The position numbers and the translations under genes are program-made. Below, piece after piece: positions 40,350-49,150 of a stretch of 64,000 bases of DNA. The first letter of the stretch is position 1. Every line of letters starts with the position of its first letter. A model generated the notes under the pieces. It worked only from the letters and a program-made list of their open reading frames with translations, searched no databases and had not been told where the DNA came from. The stretch spans positions 13,025 through 77,024 of the forward strand of contig CAUSCX010000002.1 in assembly GCA_963530385.1 (NCBI GenBank), given 5' to 3'. Source of the DNA: an uncultured Streptococcus sp. Lineage in GTDB: Bacteria > Bacillota > Bacilli > Lactobacillales > Streptococcaceae.

Positions 40350-40803
40350 ACTCGCTCACCACCTTTCCAATATCTTGGATAACTTCTTCAACATCACTTC
40401 TCATGGCCCAGAATAGTCCGAGTCTTGCTGCTGCTCGTATATCCTGGTGGTGACTCTTTTCAAACTTCCATAGACCTAAGATTTTTAAAAGGTCGTCTGG
40501 AATATCTGACTTATAGCCACCGTTATATTGAAGAATGGCATCTGGATAGCATAACTGGATATAAGCAATAGTTTCTAACACGCTATTGTCTTTTGACCTG
40601 TCATTATCTCTAGTTCTAAATTCTTCGACAACAGCTACATCAAAATCAAGTATTGTTCCAATGTCATGAAACCACTTAGCAAATCCCTTCATGCCGTATT
40701 CCGCTACCCAGCTATCAACCAACCTCGCATTGTCGAGTAGGACAATCCCTGTTGTCGAGGTTTCAATTTTGTTAGATGACGGATCAATCGCTAGAATTTT
40801 CAT
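40333..40803 (-). CDS. RuvC-like Holliday junction resolvase
   Basis: ILAIDPS..TG, VVEE RNase H-fold pattern. Confidence 0.7.
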   Translation of the reverse strand: MKILAIDPSSNKIETSTTGIVLLDNARLVDSWVAEYGMKGFAKWFHDIGTILDFDVAVVEEFRTRDNDRSKDNSVLETIAYIQLCYPDAILQYNGGYKSDIPDDLLKILGLWKFEKSHHQDIRAAARLGLFWAMRSDVEEVIQDIGKVVSEYHNNS

Positions 40804-40809
40804 ATCTTC

Positions 40810-41283
40810 TTACCTAATACTCAAATTCTTCCTTTCTACTAAACTTGCACCGATAATTTCAAGACCATTCTTCAAGTCCTCTTTCAAACGTTTCTTGTCA
40901 GGTTTCCAAGTTGCTACCTTGTATGCCTCTGGCAAGACTGTTTCGTCTACTTCAACCGCTTGAGACTTACGGAATGAAACTTTAAATAGTGGTGTGTCTA
41001 CACGTTCATAGCCAGTAAGAGCCATACTGGTAGAGAGTGTTTCTTTCAAGTGATCTTTCTTCTTTTCATCAGCTTTGTTCAATTCAGTCAAGCGCTTGAT
41101 TTCATTTTTTCGTGCTTCGACATCTGATTCAATATTCTTGATAACTTTGATATAGTTTTCTACTTTGTTTTCGTAGTCGCTATTCCAGTCGATACTATCA
41201 AGCGTATCTAGTTTAGTTTCTTCATCCAATTCCAAATTGTAGATGTCAAGGAATTGGCCTGTTAATTCGTAAAGTGTTGGCAT
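40810..41283 (-). CDS. siphovirus Gp157-family protein
   Basis: LYELT start, PDKK..KEDLK.G..I.GA end. Confidence 0.9.
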   Translation of the reverse strand: MPTLYELTGQFLDIYNLELDEETKLDTLDSIDWNSDYENKVENYIKVIKNIESDVEARKNEIKRLTELNKADEKKKDHLKETLSTSMALTGYERVDTPLFKVSFRKSQAVEVDETVLPEAYKVATWKPDKKRLKEDLKNGLEIIGASLVERKNLSIR

Positions 41284-41624
41284 TATTTCGTCACCTCTTT
41301 CATTAATTTATTTGCTTCCTTAATTAGCAATCGCATAACGTTGCTATCTGTTTCTTTCTCTGCTGCACGAGTCAGCATTTCAACCCACTCACGTCTGGTG
41401 TCATTCTTCCAATCAACCAACTCTGTGAGTGCTTTGGTGTGATTAAAGTAAGGCGAATAGTCAAACGACTTATCTTCCAATCGGATACATTTTCCTGCCT
41501 TGATGTCTTTGGCTAAATTAGCCCTCACATTGCTATTTGTTGTACCGACAACCTCAGCTACTTCATCATATGAGGCAGTAGGGTGGTCTCTATAATATTC
41601 CCTAATTCGTTCCGCTTGAGTCAT
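41283..41624 (-). CDS. HTH DNA-binding protein
   Basis: SYDEVAEVVGTTNSNVR. Confidence 0.7.
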   Translation of the reverse strand: MTQAERIREYYRDHPTASYDEVAEVVGTTNSNVRANLAKDIKAGKCIRLEDKSFDYSPYFNHTKALTELVDWKNDTRREWVEMLTRAAEKETDSNVMRLLIKEANKLMKEVTK

Positions 41625-41765
41625 TTAGTCATACTCCCTTCCTTTAAATTCATTTTTCAAATCCACACTCCCACACTTCGGACATTCAATGATTGGGTAA
41701 CTATCAACATATTCGAATGTGTTCCCACAATCTCTACATCCACACTTCCAGATATATCGATTCAT
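41625..41765 (-). CDS. 46-aa zinc-ribbon protein
   Basis: CRDCG...CPKCGS; AGGGGTGA RBS. Confidence 0.7.
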   Translation of the reverse strand: MNRYIWKCGCRDCGNTFEYVDSYPIIECPKCGSVDLKNEFKGREYD

Positions 41766-41769
41766 ACAA

Positions 41770-42060
41770 TCACCCCTTCGGATATGGTAGGGCAAGCAAT
41801 TCCTCACGTAGACCAACGGGGGGTTGTGTGTCGTAAGTAAATTTACGGTCACAGTTACGAATGTTCATGCGTGCGATGTTATTGAATTGATTTCTGCCTT
41901 GATGGTAAACTTCAATAATTGCTCGGTCTTGTTCTTCAAGTTGCTTCTTACTTTCTTTTGCTTGTTCTTCTTTGATAGCGATCAAAAACATTGCTACAAA
42001 TAAGCAAATAAAGACGGTTGCAATTCCTAAAAGTTGACTTGTTAGTGTCGGTTCTGTCAT
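41770..42060 (-). CDS. phage membrane-anchored hypothetical protein
   Basis: N-terminal TM, AGGAG RBS. Confidence 0.7.
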   Translation of the reverse strand: MTEPTLTSQLLGIATVFICLFVAMFLIAIKEEQAKESKKQLEEQDRAIIEVYHQGRNQFNNIARMNIRNCDRKFTYDTQPPVGLREELLALPYPKG

Positions 42061-42061
42061 G

Positions 42062-42235
42062 TTAAACTCCTAATAGTTTTTCCAAATCAGCGATGCGCTG
42101 ATAAAGTATTTGGTTTTCCTCTCGTGCTTCAATCAATTCTCGGTTCAAGTCTAATGCAACCAATCGCCAGTCGGCATTGACTTCAATTGTTGTTGTTTTT
42201 AAAAACAATTTTGTAAGTTTATCTAATAACTTCAT
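42062..42235 (-). CDS. phage hypothetical protein
   Basis: MKLLDKL start with AGGAG RBS. Confidence 0.65.
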   Translation of the reverse strand: MKLLDKLTKLFLKTTTIEVNADWRLVALDLNRELIEAREENQILYQRIADLEKLLGV

Positions 42236-42245
42236 GTCATTTCTC

Positions 42246-42530
42246 CTAAATTGCCGTTTTCTGCCAGTTTTCGTGATACCAGTCAATGACGGCATCTCTT
42301 GGATATTTTTCACGTTTTCCTTCAATCCGTGGAAAGTCTGCGTGTCGGTTGAAGCGCTCGTCAAACGTTGACGTGTCTTTCGTTCCGAGCAACATCTCGG
42401 AGCATTGCGACTTGTTCAGTTCCATTGGATAACGCTTCTTTTCATCTGTGATGATAGTCATGACCTTTAGTGTCCTATCCATTAAACCAGCTTCAAACTG
42501 GTCTAATAGTTGCATCATTAAATCGTTCAT
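42246..42530 (-). CDS. excisionase-like DNA-binding protein
   Basis: FPRIEG..KYPR..V.DW winged-helix pattern. Confidence 0.6.
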   Translation of the reverse strand: MNDLMMQLLDQFEAGLMDRTLKVMTIITDEKKRYPMELNKSQCSEMLLGTKDTSTFDERFNRHADFPRIEGKREKYPRDAVIDWYHENWQKTAI

Positions 42531-42588
42531 GTTATAATTTCCTTGAATAATTTTGTCATGCGCCTGATTTCCATCAGGTGCTTTTTTG

Positions 42589-42774
42589 TTATCTAAATTC
42601 ATCCAAGCTGACTTCCAGTGCGTCAGCAATTCTGCACATATTCGTCCACGACATTTCTTTTAATCTCCCAGCCTTTAGGTTTGAAAAATTAGATGGGTGG
42701 ACATTTGATTCTTTGGCTAATCTGTACATTGACCAACCTTTTGACTTTAATTGTTGTTCAATCTTACTCCACAT
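42589..42774 (-). CDS. XRE-family HTH protein
   Basis: SMYRLAKESNV...IADALEVSLDEF. Confidence 0.8.
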   Translation of the reverse strand: MWSKIEQQLKSKGWSMYRLAKESNVHPSNFSNLKAGRLKEMSWTNMCRIADALEVSLDEFR

Positions 42775-42831
42775 CCAAAACACAATATGTTGTGTTTCTC
42801 GAACACACAACATCCTTTCTTACACTATATG

Positions 42832-42861
42832 TTGACAAATAAAAATATTTGAATTATAATA
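42832..42861 (+). promoter_or_regulatory. promoter of DUF2188-like gene
   Basis: TTGACA-18-TATAAT. Confidence 0.7.
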
Positions 42862-42921
42862 TATTTTGACTAGGACCTCTCACCGTTTTAGTCAAAATTC
42901 CAATAGAAAGGAGATTTAATC

Positions 42922-43146
42922 ATGGGTAAAAATCAGCATGTTGTCCCTGCCAAAAATGGTGGTTGGAACGTGAAAGGTGCTGGCAATTCAAGAGCAACTG
43001 TTCATACTACTACAAAGAGTGAAGCTACAAATATTGCTAGACAGATTTCACGAAATCAAAGTTCCGAACTAATCATTCATGGCAAAGATGGGAAAATTCA
43101 AAGCCGTGACAGCCACGGTAAAGACCCATTCCCTCCTAAAGGCTAG
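42922..43146 (+). CDS. DUF2188-like protein
   Basis: HVVP...GGW.VK, IHGKDGKI..RDSHG.DP. Confidence 0.85.
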   Translation: MGKNQHVVPAKNGGWNVKGAGNSRATVHTTTKSEATNIARQISRNQSSELIIHGKDGKIQSRDSHGKDPFPPKG

Positions 43147-43325
43147 TCATAATTTGGTCTTAGCCTTACAACATATCCTGTAGCAGAACTTACATCATCT
43201 AGTGTGACTTCTGCTATTTTTTTTGTTCCATCCTCTGTTTCAACAATTAGTCGTGTATAGAAGCGACTATCTAAAATATTCATCAGATTTGGTTTGAAAC
43301 TATACGGATAACGTTTTGGTCTCAT
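43143..43325 (-). CDS. phage hypothetical protein
   Basis: MRPKRYPYS, GAAAGGAG RBS. Confidence 0.7.
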   Translation of the reverse strand: MRPKRYPYSFKPNLMNILDSRFYTRLIVETEDGTKKIAEVTLDDVSSATGYVVRLRPNYD

Positions 43326-43391
43326 TTTCCTACTCCTTTCTATTTCTAATCTCCATTTCTGCTATAATATAGTCAGAAAGGAGGATAACTT

Positions 43392-43595
43392 ATGACTAAG
43401 TTTGATTTGGCACCTTATCTAAATGCAGTTACAAACGAAGAGGACACTCTTCTAATCTGCAAAACTGAGCAAGGTGCATACATTGGCGATTTTAGCCCTT
43501 CATGCGATAGAGAAGATTTTGTGCTAACTTACGAAGACGTTTCTGTCTCTTTATCTTACGCACAGGTTCTTTCTGCAACTCTTTTAAGGGTTTAA
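43392..43595 (+). CDS. hypothetical protein on lysogenic strand
   Basis: AGAAAGGAGG RBS and TGCTATAAT extended -10. Confidence 0.65.
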   Translation: MTKFDLAPYLNAVTNEEDTLLICKTEQGAYIGDFSPSCDREDFVLTYEDVSVSLSYAQVLSATLLRV

Positions 43596-43836
43596 TCGCC
43601 GGCTTCAAATAGTCATTCATCCAAATGCTAAACAAAAATTGACACTGTCCAACCGTCCTTTTTGTTCTAGTGCTTGGGTGGATTTTTATTTGTCGGTAAT
43701 CTTCCCAAGCCAATTTATGTCCATATCCTTTCAGAATCTTTGTAAACAATTCAAAAGGTACTTCAAATGTAATCTTGTCTAGCCCAGTAGATTCTACATA
43801 ATCTTCTGGTAACTCAAACAGTTCTCTGTCTGTCAT
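43492..43836 (-). CDS. phage hypothetical protein
   Basis: GAAAGGAG RBS; first gene after cro. Confidence 0.65.
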   Translation of the reverse strand: MTDRELFELPEDYVESTGLDKITFEVPFELFTKILKGYGHKLAWEDYRQIKIHPSTRTKRTVGQCQFLFSIWMNDYLKPAIKPLKELQKEPVRKIKRQKRLRKLAQNLLYRMKG

Positions 43837-43886
43837 TTCCTACTCCTTTCCTATATGATTTAAAATCATATATTGTTGAAAATTTT

Positions 43887-44090
43887 TTATGTGACTTGCT
43901 TATTTATTCCAAGAATATCATCAGTAGACACATTAAAAAATAAAGCTAGACTAATAAGATACTCGCCTGAAATCTTAGTCTGGTCTTTTTCCCAGTTGCT
44001 AATAGATGTTTGAGTAACGCCTAATTTTTTTGCTAGTTCACGCTGTGACATCTTATTGTGTCTGGCTCTTAATTCTGCGATAGAGACCAT
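43887..44090 (-). CDS. Cro-like repressor
   Basis: MSQRELAKKLGVTQTSISNWE; divergent from cI. Confidence 0.9.
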   Translation of the reverse strand: MVSIAELRARHNKMSQRELAKKLGVTQTSISNWEKDQTKISGEYLISLALFFNVSTDDILGINKQVT

Positions 44091-44122
44091 ATGTGAATCA
44101 CTCCTTTCTTGATGATGATTAT

Positions 44123-44260
44123 ATTTTATATGATTTTAAATCTTGTGTCAAGTGTTTTATATGATTTATTTTCTCTTTTTTTAAAAAAAACGTTATTTTT
44201 GTATTTTATTTAAAACTTTTTTCTTATATACTTGATTTATAATCATGGTTCTGATATAAT
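44123..44260. promoter_or_regulatory. genetic switch: divergent promoters and operators
   Basis: Minus TTGACA-17-TAAAAT (44151-44123); plus TTGATT-17-TATAAT (44232-44260); TGATTTwwAATC operators near 44128 and 44230, plus one at 43853-43871. Confidence 0.75.
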
Positions 44261-44293
44261 TTACTTATCAAAAAACAAAAAAGGAGACATCCT

Positions 44294-45049
44294 ATGGAAC
44301 AATTGGGAGACCGAATAAGAAAATTGAGAGAAAGTCGTAATATGACACAGACTGAACTTTCAGAAATTCTTGGTATGAAAACCTATACTACTGTTTCGAA
44401 ATGGGAGAAAAACGAGAATTTTCCTAAAGGTAAAGACCTAAAGAAATTAGCAGAAATTTTCAACGTCACTTCTGACTATCTTTTAGGGCTATCAGACACT
44501 AAACTTGGAAAAATTACTACACAGAACGAACACCCTGAAATCCTAACCATCTACAACCAGCTTGAAGAACCAAAACAAGAAAAAGTCCTTGACTATGCTA
44601 CTGTTTTATTAAATGAACAAAACAACATGAAGACATTAACTGTCTTAGAAAAGTACAAAAACGACGAAGACTATATCACTGACTACGTCGAGGGCTTGGT
44701 TGCAGCAGGACACGGAACTTTCCAAGAAGATAACCTACACATGGAAGTTAGACTCAGAGCTGAAGATGTGCCAGAAAGCTATGACACCATCGCTAAAGTG
44801 GCAGGCGATAGCATGGAACCGCTTATAAAAGATAACGACTTACTATTTATTAAGGTTACTAGTCAAGTGGATATCAACTCAATCGGCATCTTTCAAATAA
44901 ATAGTAAGAACTTCGTCAAGAAACTGAAAAGAGATTATGACGGTTCTTGGTATCTTCAAAGTTTAAATAACGCTTATGAAGAAATTTATTTGACTGAAGA
45001 TGACGATATCAGAACTATAGGGGAAGTCGTGGATTTGTATAGGGGATAA
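44294..45049 (+). CDS. CI-like repressor (XRE + S24 peptidase)
   Basis: N-terminal HTH, VAAG cleavage site, GDSMEP, VKKL. Confidence 0.95.
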   Translation: MEQLGDRIRKLRESRNMTQTELSEILGMKTYTTVSKWEKNENFPKGKDLKKLAEIFNVTSDYLLGLSDTKLGKITTQNEHPEILTIYNQLEEPKQEKVLDYATVLLNEQNNMKTLTVLEKYKNDEDYITDYVEGLVAAGHGTFQEDNLHMEVRLRAEDVPESYDTIAKVAGDSMEPLIKDNDLLFIKVTSQVDINSIGIFQINSKNFVKKLKRDYDGSWYLQSLNNAYEEIYLTEDDDIRTIGEVVDLYRG

Positions 45050-45063
45050 GATTAGGAGGGGGA

Positions 45064-45504
45064 ATGAAAGAGGAAGAATATCTAAAAAATAGACTGAAAG
45101 GCCAGATAAACTGGTATGACAGCAAAAGTCAATGGCATCAAAAGTGGTATAAATGTCTAAAGTATGTCGAACTACTTCTCGGTTTTATGATTCCGATTTT
45201 ATCAGCTTGGGAGCCTCCGCATTTTTCGATTATATCAGCTATCTGTGCAAGTGGAATGCTTCTATGCGAAAGCGCTATTTCCTTATCAAAGCACCGTGAT
45301 AATTGGATTGACTATCGTAGAACGGCAGAATCATTAAAACATGAAAAATATATGTTTTTAACAGGAACTGGTGTCTATAAAAATGAAAACGATAGCTTCG
45401 CTTTGCTTGTTGAACGTTGCGAAACTATCATTTCAAGCGAAAATATAAATTGGGCAAATTTACAAACAGATACCGTACAAAGAAAGGAACTATATGACAG
45501 ATAA
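45064..45504 (+). CDS. SLATT/DUF4231 two-TM protein
   Basis: QINWY, two hydrophobic helices, W..YR..AE.LK.E. Confidence 0.85.
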   Translation: MKEEEYLKNRLKGQINWYDSKSQWHQKWYKCLKYVELLLGFMIPILSAWEPPHFSIISAICASGMLLCESAISLSKHRDNWIDYRRTAESLKHEKYMFLTGTGVYKNENDSFALLVERCETIISSENINWANLQTDTVQRKELYDR

Positions 45505-45892
45505 AATTTTTGTGAGTTATAGAGCAGATGATGAAGGCACTTTGCATAAAAACTTGCTAGTGGCTTGGTCAAGAAATGATCGTTTTTTCCCAGAAATTAA
45601 ATTTCATGATACCTCTATCGGAACTTCCATCAATTCGGTCAATGCAAACTATATCAAATCAGTAATAAAAGACCGAATAAAAGAATCAGATATCGTGCTA
45701 TGTCTTGTTGGCAAAAATACTGGAAACTCAGATTGGGTCAATTGGGAAATTGAAACAGCTTATCAACTAAATAAAAAAATCGTAGCCGTCAAAATTGAAC
45801 GATACTACGATACACCTAGTGCATTATTTGGAAAAGGTGCGAGTTGGGCCTTAGATTTTTCAAAAAACTCAATTTTAAGAGCTCTATCCTAA
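45494..45892 (+). CDS. TIR-domain protein, ThsB/DUF1863-like
   Basis: [24 protein letters not shown] with putative catalytic Glu. Confidence 0.88.
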   Translation: MTDKIFVSYRADDEGTLHKNLLVAWSRNDRFFPEIKFHDTSIGTSINSVNANYIKSVIKDRIKESDIVLCLVGKNTGNSDWVNWEIETAYQLNKKIVAVKIERYYDTPSALFGKGASWALDFSKNSILRALS

Positions 45893-46069
45893 AATCTCAT
45901 ATGTTTTTTCAAAAATATCTGGCTTAACTGGATATTTCTCTCCGTTGACACCAGTAATAATCCAATCTCCAGCAGAAGCTTTCATGACACCTTCTAAAGT
46001 TTCGATATATTGAACAGTTGATGTTTTTTCTGCTTCTACAACAACTGGGACCTTTCTAACTTTAACCAT
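45884..46069 (-). CDS. small PGDYG-like phage protein
   Basis: [44 protein letters not shown]; own promoter. Confidence 0.8.
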   Translation of the reverse strand: MVKVRKVPVVVEAEKTSTVQYIETLEGVMKASAGDWIITGVNGEKYPVKPDIFEKTYEILG

Positions 46070-46099
46070 CTTAGTCACCTACCTGCTATTTTTAGAATT

Positions 46100-46129
46100 A
46101 TTATAGCACAGTTCCAAACGAAAAAGCAA
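46100..46129 (-). promoter_or_regulatory. promoter of PGDYG-like gene
   Basis: TTGCTT-18-TATAAT with extended TG. Confidence 0.6.
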
Positions 46130-46246
46130 AAAATCCCCACACTCGCCATCGCCAAACGTTGAGTGTGAGGAACTTCAGTATAAGAAGCAACCATTCAAAA
46201 GGTCGTTTTCTTATACCCATTTTATCAAAAAAGTGAGGTAAAAACA

Positions 46247-47314
46247 ATGGCATACTTTAGAAAAAGGGCGAACGGTTGGGAATATCGCATATCTTACAAG
46301 GATACAGACGGCAAATATAAGCAGAAATCAAAAAGCGGGTTCAAGACCAAGAAACTGGCTCAAGTTGCGGCAAGGGAGATAGAGGAGGGCTTATCCGAAA
46401 ATATCCTGACAGACAAAGATGTCACGCTTTATAATTTTGTAAAGACCTGGTCAGACGTTTACAAGCGTCCACATGTCAAGGATAAGACCTGGGATACATA
46501 CACCAAAAATCTGAAGCATATCAAAACGTATTTTGGAGACTTGAAAGTAAAGGATATAACACCCCTTTATTATCAAAAACGGCTCAATGAGTTTGGCGAG
46601 AAATATGCACAGGAAACCCTTGAGAAATTCCATTATCAAATCAAAGGTGCTTTAAAAGTCGCAGTCCGTGAGCAAGTGATCAGCTATAACTTTGCTGAAG
46701 ATGCAAAAGTGAAATCACAAATCGAAACCAGGTCAGAGGATAATGACTTTTTGGAAGAGGGTGAGTATAAGGCTCTAATTTCGTCCACACGCTCGAATAT
46801 CCAGTATGTGTCCTATTTTACCCTCTATCTCCTTTCAGTGACTGGTATGCGCTTTTCTGAGGCTCTAGGGCTTACTTGGGATGATATCGACTTCAAAAAT
46901 GGAATCATAGGCATAAACAGGTCCTTTGATTATTCAAAAACGCAAGATTTTGCTGATCTAAAAAATGAAACATCGAAAAGGAAAGTGCCAATCGATAAAA
47001 CCACGATTGAAACGCTGAAAACTTACAAGAAAAAATATTGGCAAGCAAACATAAAGAACCGTGTCTGCTTTGGTGTGTCCAATTCAGCTTGTAATAAGCT
47101 GATAAAAAGGTTAGTTGGTCGACCAGTAAGAAATCATAGTTTACGGCATACTTACGCATCGTACTTGATTTTAAAGGGCATTGACATTGTAACCATATCA
47201 AAGCTACTAGGACATGAGAGTCCAGATATAACCCTAAAGGTCTACTCGCACCAGATGGAAGCCTTGGCAGACAAAAACTTTGAGCAAATCAAAGAAATCT
47301 TCCTAATTGCATAA
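46247..47314 (+). CDS. int: tyrosine integrase
   Basis: TGMRFSE, HSLRHTYAS, LGH...T..VY; next to att. Confidence 0.95.
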   Translation: MAYFRKRANGWEYRISYKDTDGKYKQKSKSGFKTKKLAQVAAREIEEGLSENILTDKDVTLYNFVKTWSDVYKRPHVKDKTWDTYTKNLKHIKTYFGDLKVKDITPLYYQKRLNEFGEKYAQETLEKFHYQIKGALKVAVREQVISYNFAEDAKVKSQIETRSEDNDFLEEGEYKALISSTRSNIQYVSYFTLYLLSVTGMRFSEALGLTWDDIDFKNGIIGINRSFDYSKTQDFADLKNETSKRKVPIDKTTIETLKTYKKKYWQANIKNRVCFGVSNSACNKLIKRLVGRPVRNHSLRHTYASYLILKGIDIVTISKLLGHESPDITLKVYSHQMEALADKNFEQIKEIFLIA

Positions 47315-47335
47315 TTTGGGGCGGATTTGGGGCGA
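47315..47335 (+). repeat. tandem TTTGGGGCG, putative arm-type sites
   Basis: Matches 8211-8231. Confidence 0.7.
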
Positions 47336-47369
47336 AATCCTCACAGAGCCTATTAAATCAATAGTATTT

Positions 47370-47385
47370 AATCCGTCTACCGCCT
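47370..47385 (+). repeat. right att core
   Basis: Duplicate of tRNA-Cys 3' end. Confidence 0.9.
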
Positions 47386-47397
47386 CTATATTATCGA

Positions 47398-47425
47398 AGA
47401 CTCCCACAGGAGTCTTTTCTTTTTT
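47398..47425 (+). terminator. displaced native tRNA-Cys terminator
   Basis: AGACTCC-CACA-GGAGTCT then T-rich tract. Confidence 0.75.
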
Positions 47426-47471
47426 ACTACTAGAAAAGCTTTATCAGTTCTACTCTGATAAAGCTTTTGTT

Positions 47472-48803
47472 TTATTCTGTTTCTTCTTCTGATTCGAGTT
47501 CTTGGATTTGAACCTTAAGCTTGGTTACACGTCCATTTTTGACCTTATCATTGGTTAGGGTGATATGCTTATTGCTACTTTCTAACTCATAGCTAAGTTT
47601 TTCTGATGTTGGAATAGTTCCCACGCCAGTCAAATAGTATCCAGCGATAGTATCTACATCATCACTTTCAAGTTCAACATCAAAGTAGTCATTGAAGTCA
47701 TTTAAATTCATTGTCCCTTGGACGATATAGGTATCTTCACCAATTGTATGAACGTAGACTTCAGCTCTGTCAGTTTCATCATCAATCTCACCAACAATCT
47801 CTTCGAGCAAGTCTTCAAGAGTGACCAAACCAGCCATTCCCCCATACTCATCTAGTAGGATAGCCATCTGTCTTTGAGTATTTCTCAACTCTTTTAATAA
47901 ATCATCCACAAAAATGGTCTCAGGTACAAAGAGTGGATCTTGTAAGATTCGCTTCCAGACAATATTGTCAAAACCACTGGCAAAGGCTTCTTTAAGAAGA
48001 CTCTTAGTATGAATCAATCCAATAACATTGTCCTTATCTCCATCATAAACAGGAATCCGAGAAAAGTTCTGTTTTAAGATACTTTCGATAATTGTCTGAG
48101 TGTCATCTTGAATATCTACCATGAAGGCATCTGTTCGAGGAACCATAACTTCACGCGCCATGAGCTCGTCTAGCGAGAAAATCCCTTGTAACATTTCAAT
48201 TTCATCAGCATCCAAGGTTTCTTCACTCTTAGACAACATGTACTCAATCTCATCACGAGTCATTTTTTCATCTGCATCATCAAATGTCATCGGTGTCAAT
48301 TGACTCAAGAGATTAGTTGATGCTGAGAGCATCCAAACGAAGGGACTCACAATCTTACCAAGTCCAATAATAAACGGTACTGTTCGGATGGCCAAGGCAT
48401 CCTTAAGATTTAGAGCAATTCGCTTAGGATAAAGCTCCCCAAAAACAATAGAAATATAGGTCAAGAAAGCTAATGACAAGAAGCTAGATACCGCATAGGC
48501 AGTCTCGCTATTTCCCATCCAAGAGGCGATCAACTCTCCAAGTGAATCTGCTAGTTTAGCCCCTGACAAAATCGTAATTAAGGTGATACCAACTTGAATG
48601 GTTGATAAAAAGTGATTGGGGTTTTCAAGTACCTTTAGTAAACGGATATAGCGTTTATCTCCCTCCTCAGCTTTTTGCTCAACACGTGAACGACTAAGTG
48701 AAACCATGGCCATTTCTGTTGCTGAGAAAAAGGCATTTAAAAAGGTCAAAACAACTAACAAAACAAATTGCAGTAACAAATCCTGACTGCTCGGGTCTTC
48801 CAT
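47472..48803 (-). CDS. hemolysin-family CNNM/CBS/CorC transporter
   Basis: FSATEMA, GELYPK, DEYGG, LEDLLEEIVGEI. Confidence 0.9.
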   Translation of the reverse strand: MEDPSSQDLLLQFVLLVVLTFLNAFFSATEMAMVSLSRSRVEQKAEEGDKRYIRLLKVLENPNHFLSTIQVGITLITILSGAKLADSLGELIASWMGNSETAYAVSSFLSLAFLTYISIVFGELYPKRIALNLKDALAIRTVPFIIGLGKIVSPFVWMLSASTNLLSQLTPMTFDDADEKMTRDEIEYMLSKSEETLDADEIEMLQGIFSLDELMAREVMVPRTDAFMVDIQDDTQTIIESILKQNFSRIPVYDGDKDNVIGLIHTKSLLKEAFASGFDNIVWKRILQDPLFVPETIFVDDLLKELRNTQRQMAILLDEYGGMAGLVTLEDLLEEIVGEIDDETDRAEVYVHTIGEDTYIVQGTMNLNDFNDYFDVELESDDVDTIAGYYLTGVGTIPTSEKLSYELESSNKHITLTNDKVKNGRVTKLKVQIQELESEEETE

Positions 48804-48970
48804 TTTCCTTCTCCTAAAAAGTATAATTCAAATTATTATACCATATTTTCCAATTTCTACACATTAATTTTCAATTTCTATGATAAAGGGGCGCAGAACA
48901 GAGAGCTGAACCCTAAGTCTTGATGCTTTAGTTCCAGCCCCTTGTGAATCTTCAAAAAAGCTCTTTATAC

Positions 48971-49058
48971 TAGAGCAAACTAGGAAGGTAGCCAAAGGCT
49001 GTACTCGAGTACGGCAAGGCGAAGCTGACGTGGTTTGAAGAGATTTTTGAAGAGTATT
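48971..49058 (+). repeat. truncated BOX element
   Basis: AGAGCAAACTAGGAAG...GCTGACGTGGTTTGAAGAGATTTTTGAAGAGTA. Confidence 0.8.
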
Positions 49059-49150
49059 AAAATCAGAAGTGCAAAAAAACAACCACTCGTGTCTACAGTT
49101 CATGACTAATAAAAAACGAGGTTGGGATTTCCTCTCAACCTCTTGATCAA

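Larger units (their letters stand above)
8095..47385. mobile_element. temperate siphovirus prophage, apparently complete
   Basis: 16-bp direct repeats, integrase beside right repeat, full lysogeny-replication-packaging-tail-lysis gene order. Confidence 0.95.

Noticed and set aside
46189..46200. AACCATTCAAAA resembling a type II-A tracrRNA anti-repeat
   Set aside because: Only 12 nt, AT-rich, no downstream tracr features; chance match likely.
48886..49143. possible SPRITE-like repeat remnants around the truncated BOX
   Set aside because: Hairpins present but similarity too weak to call without a model search.
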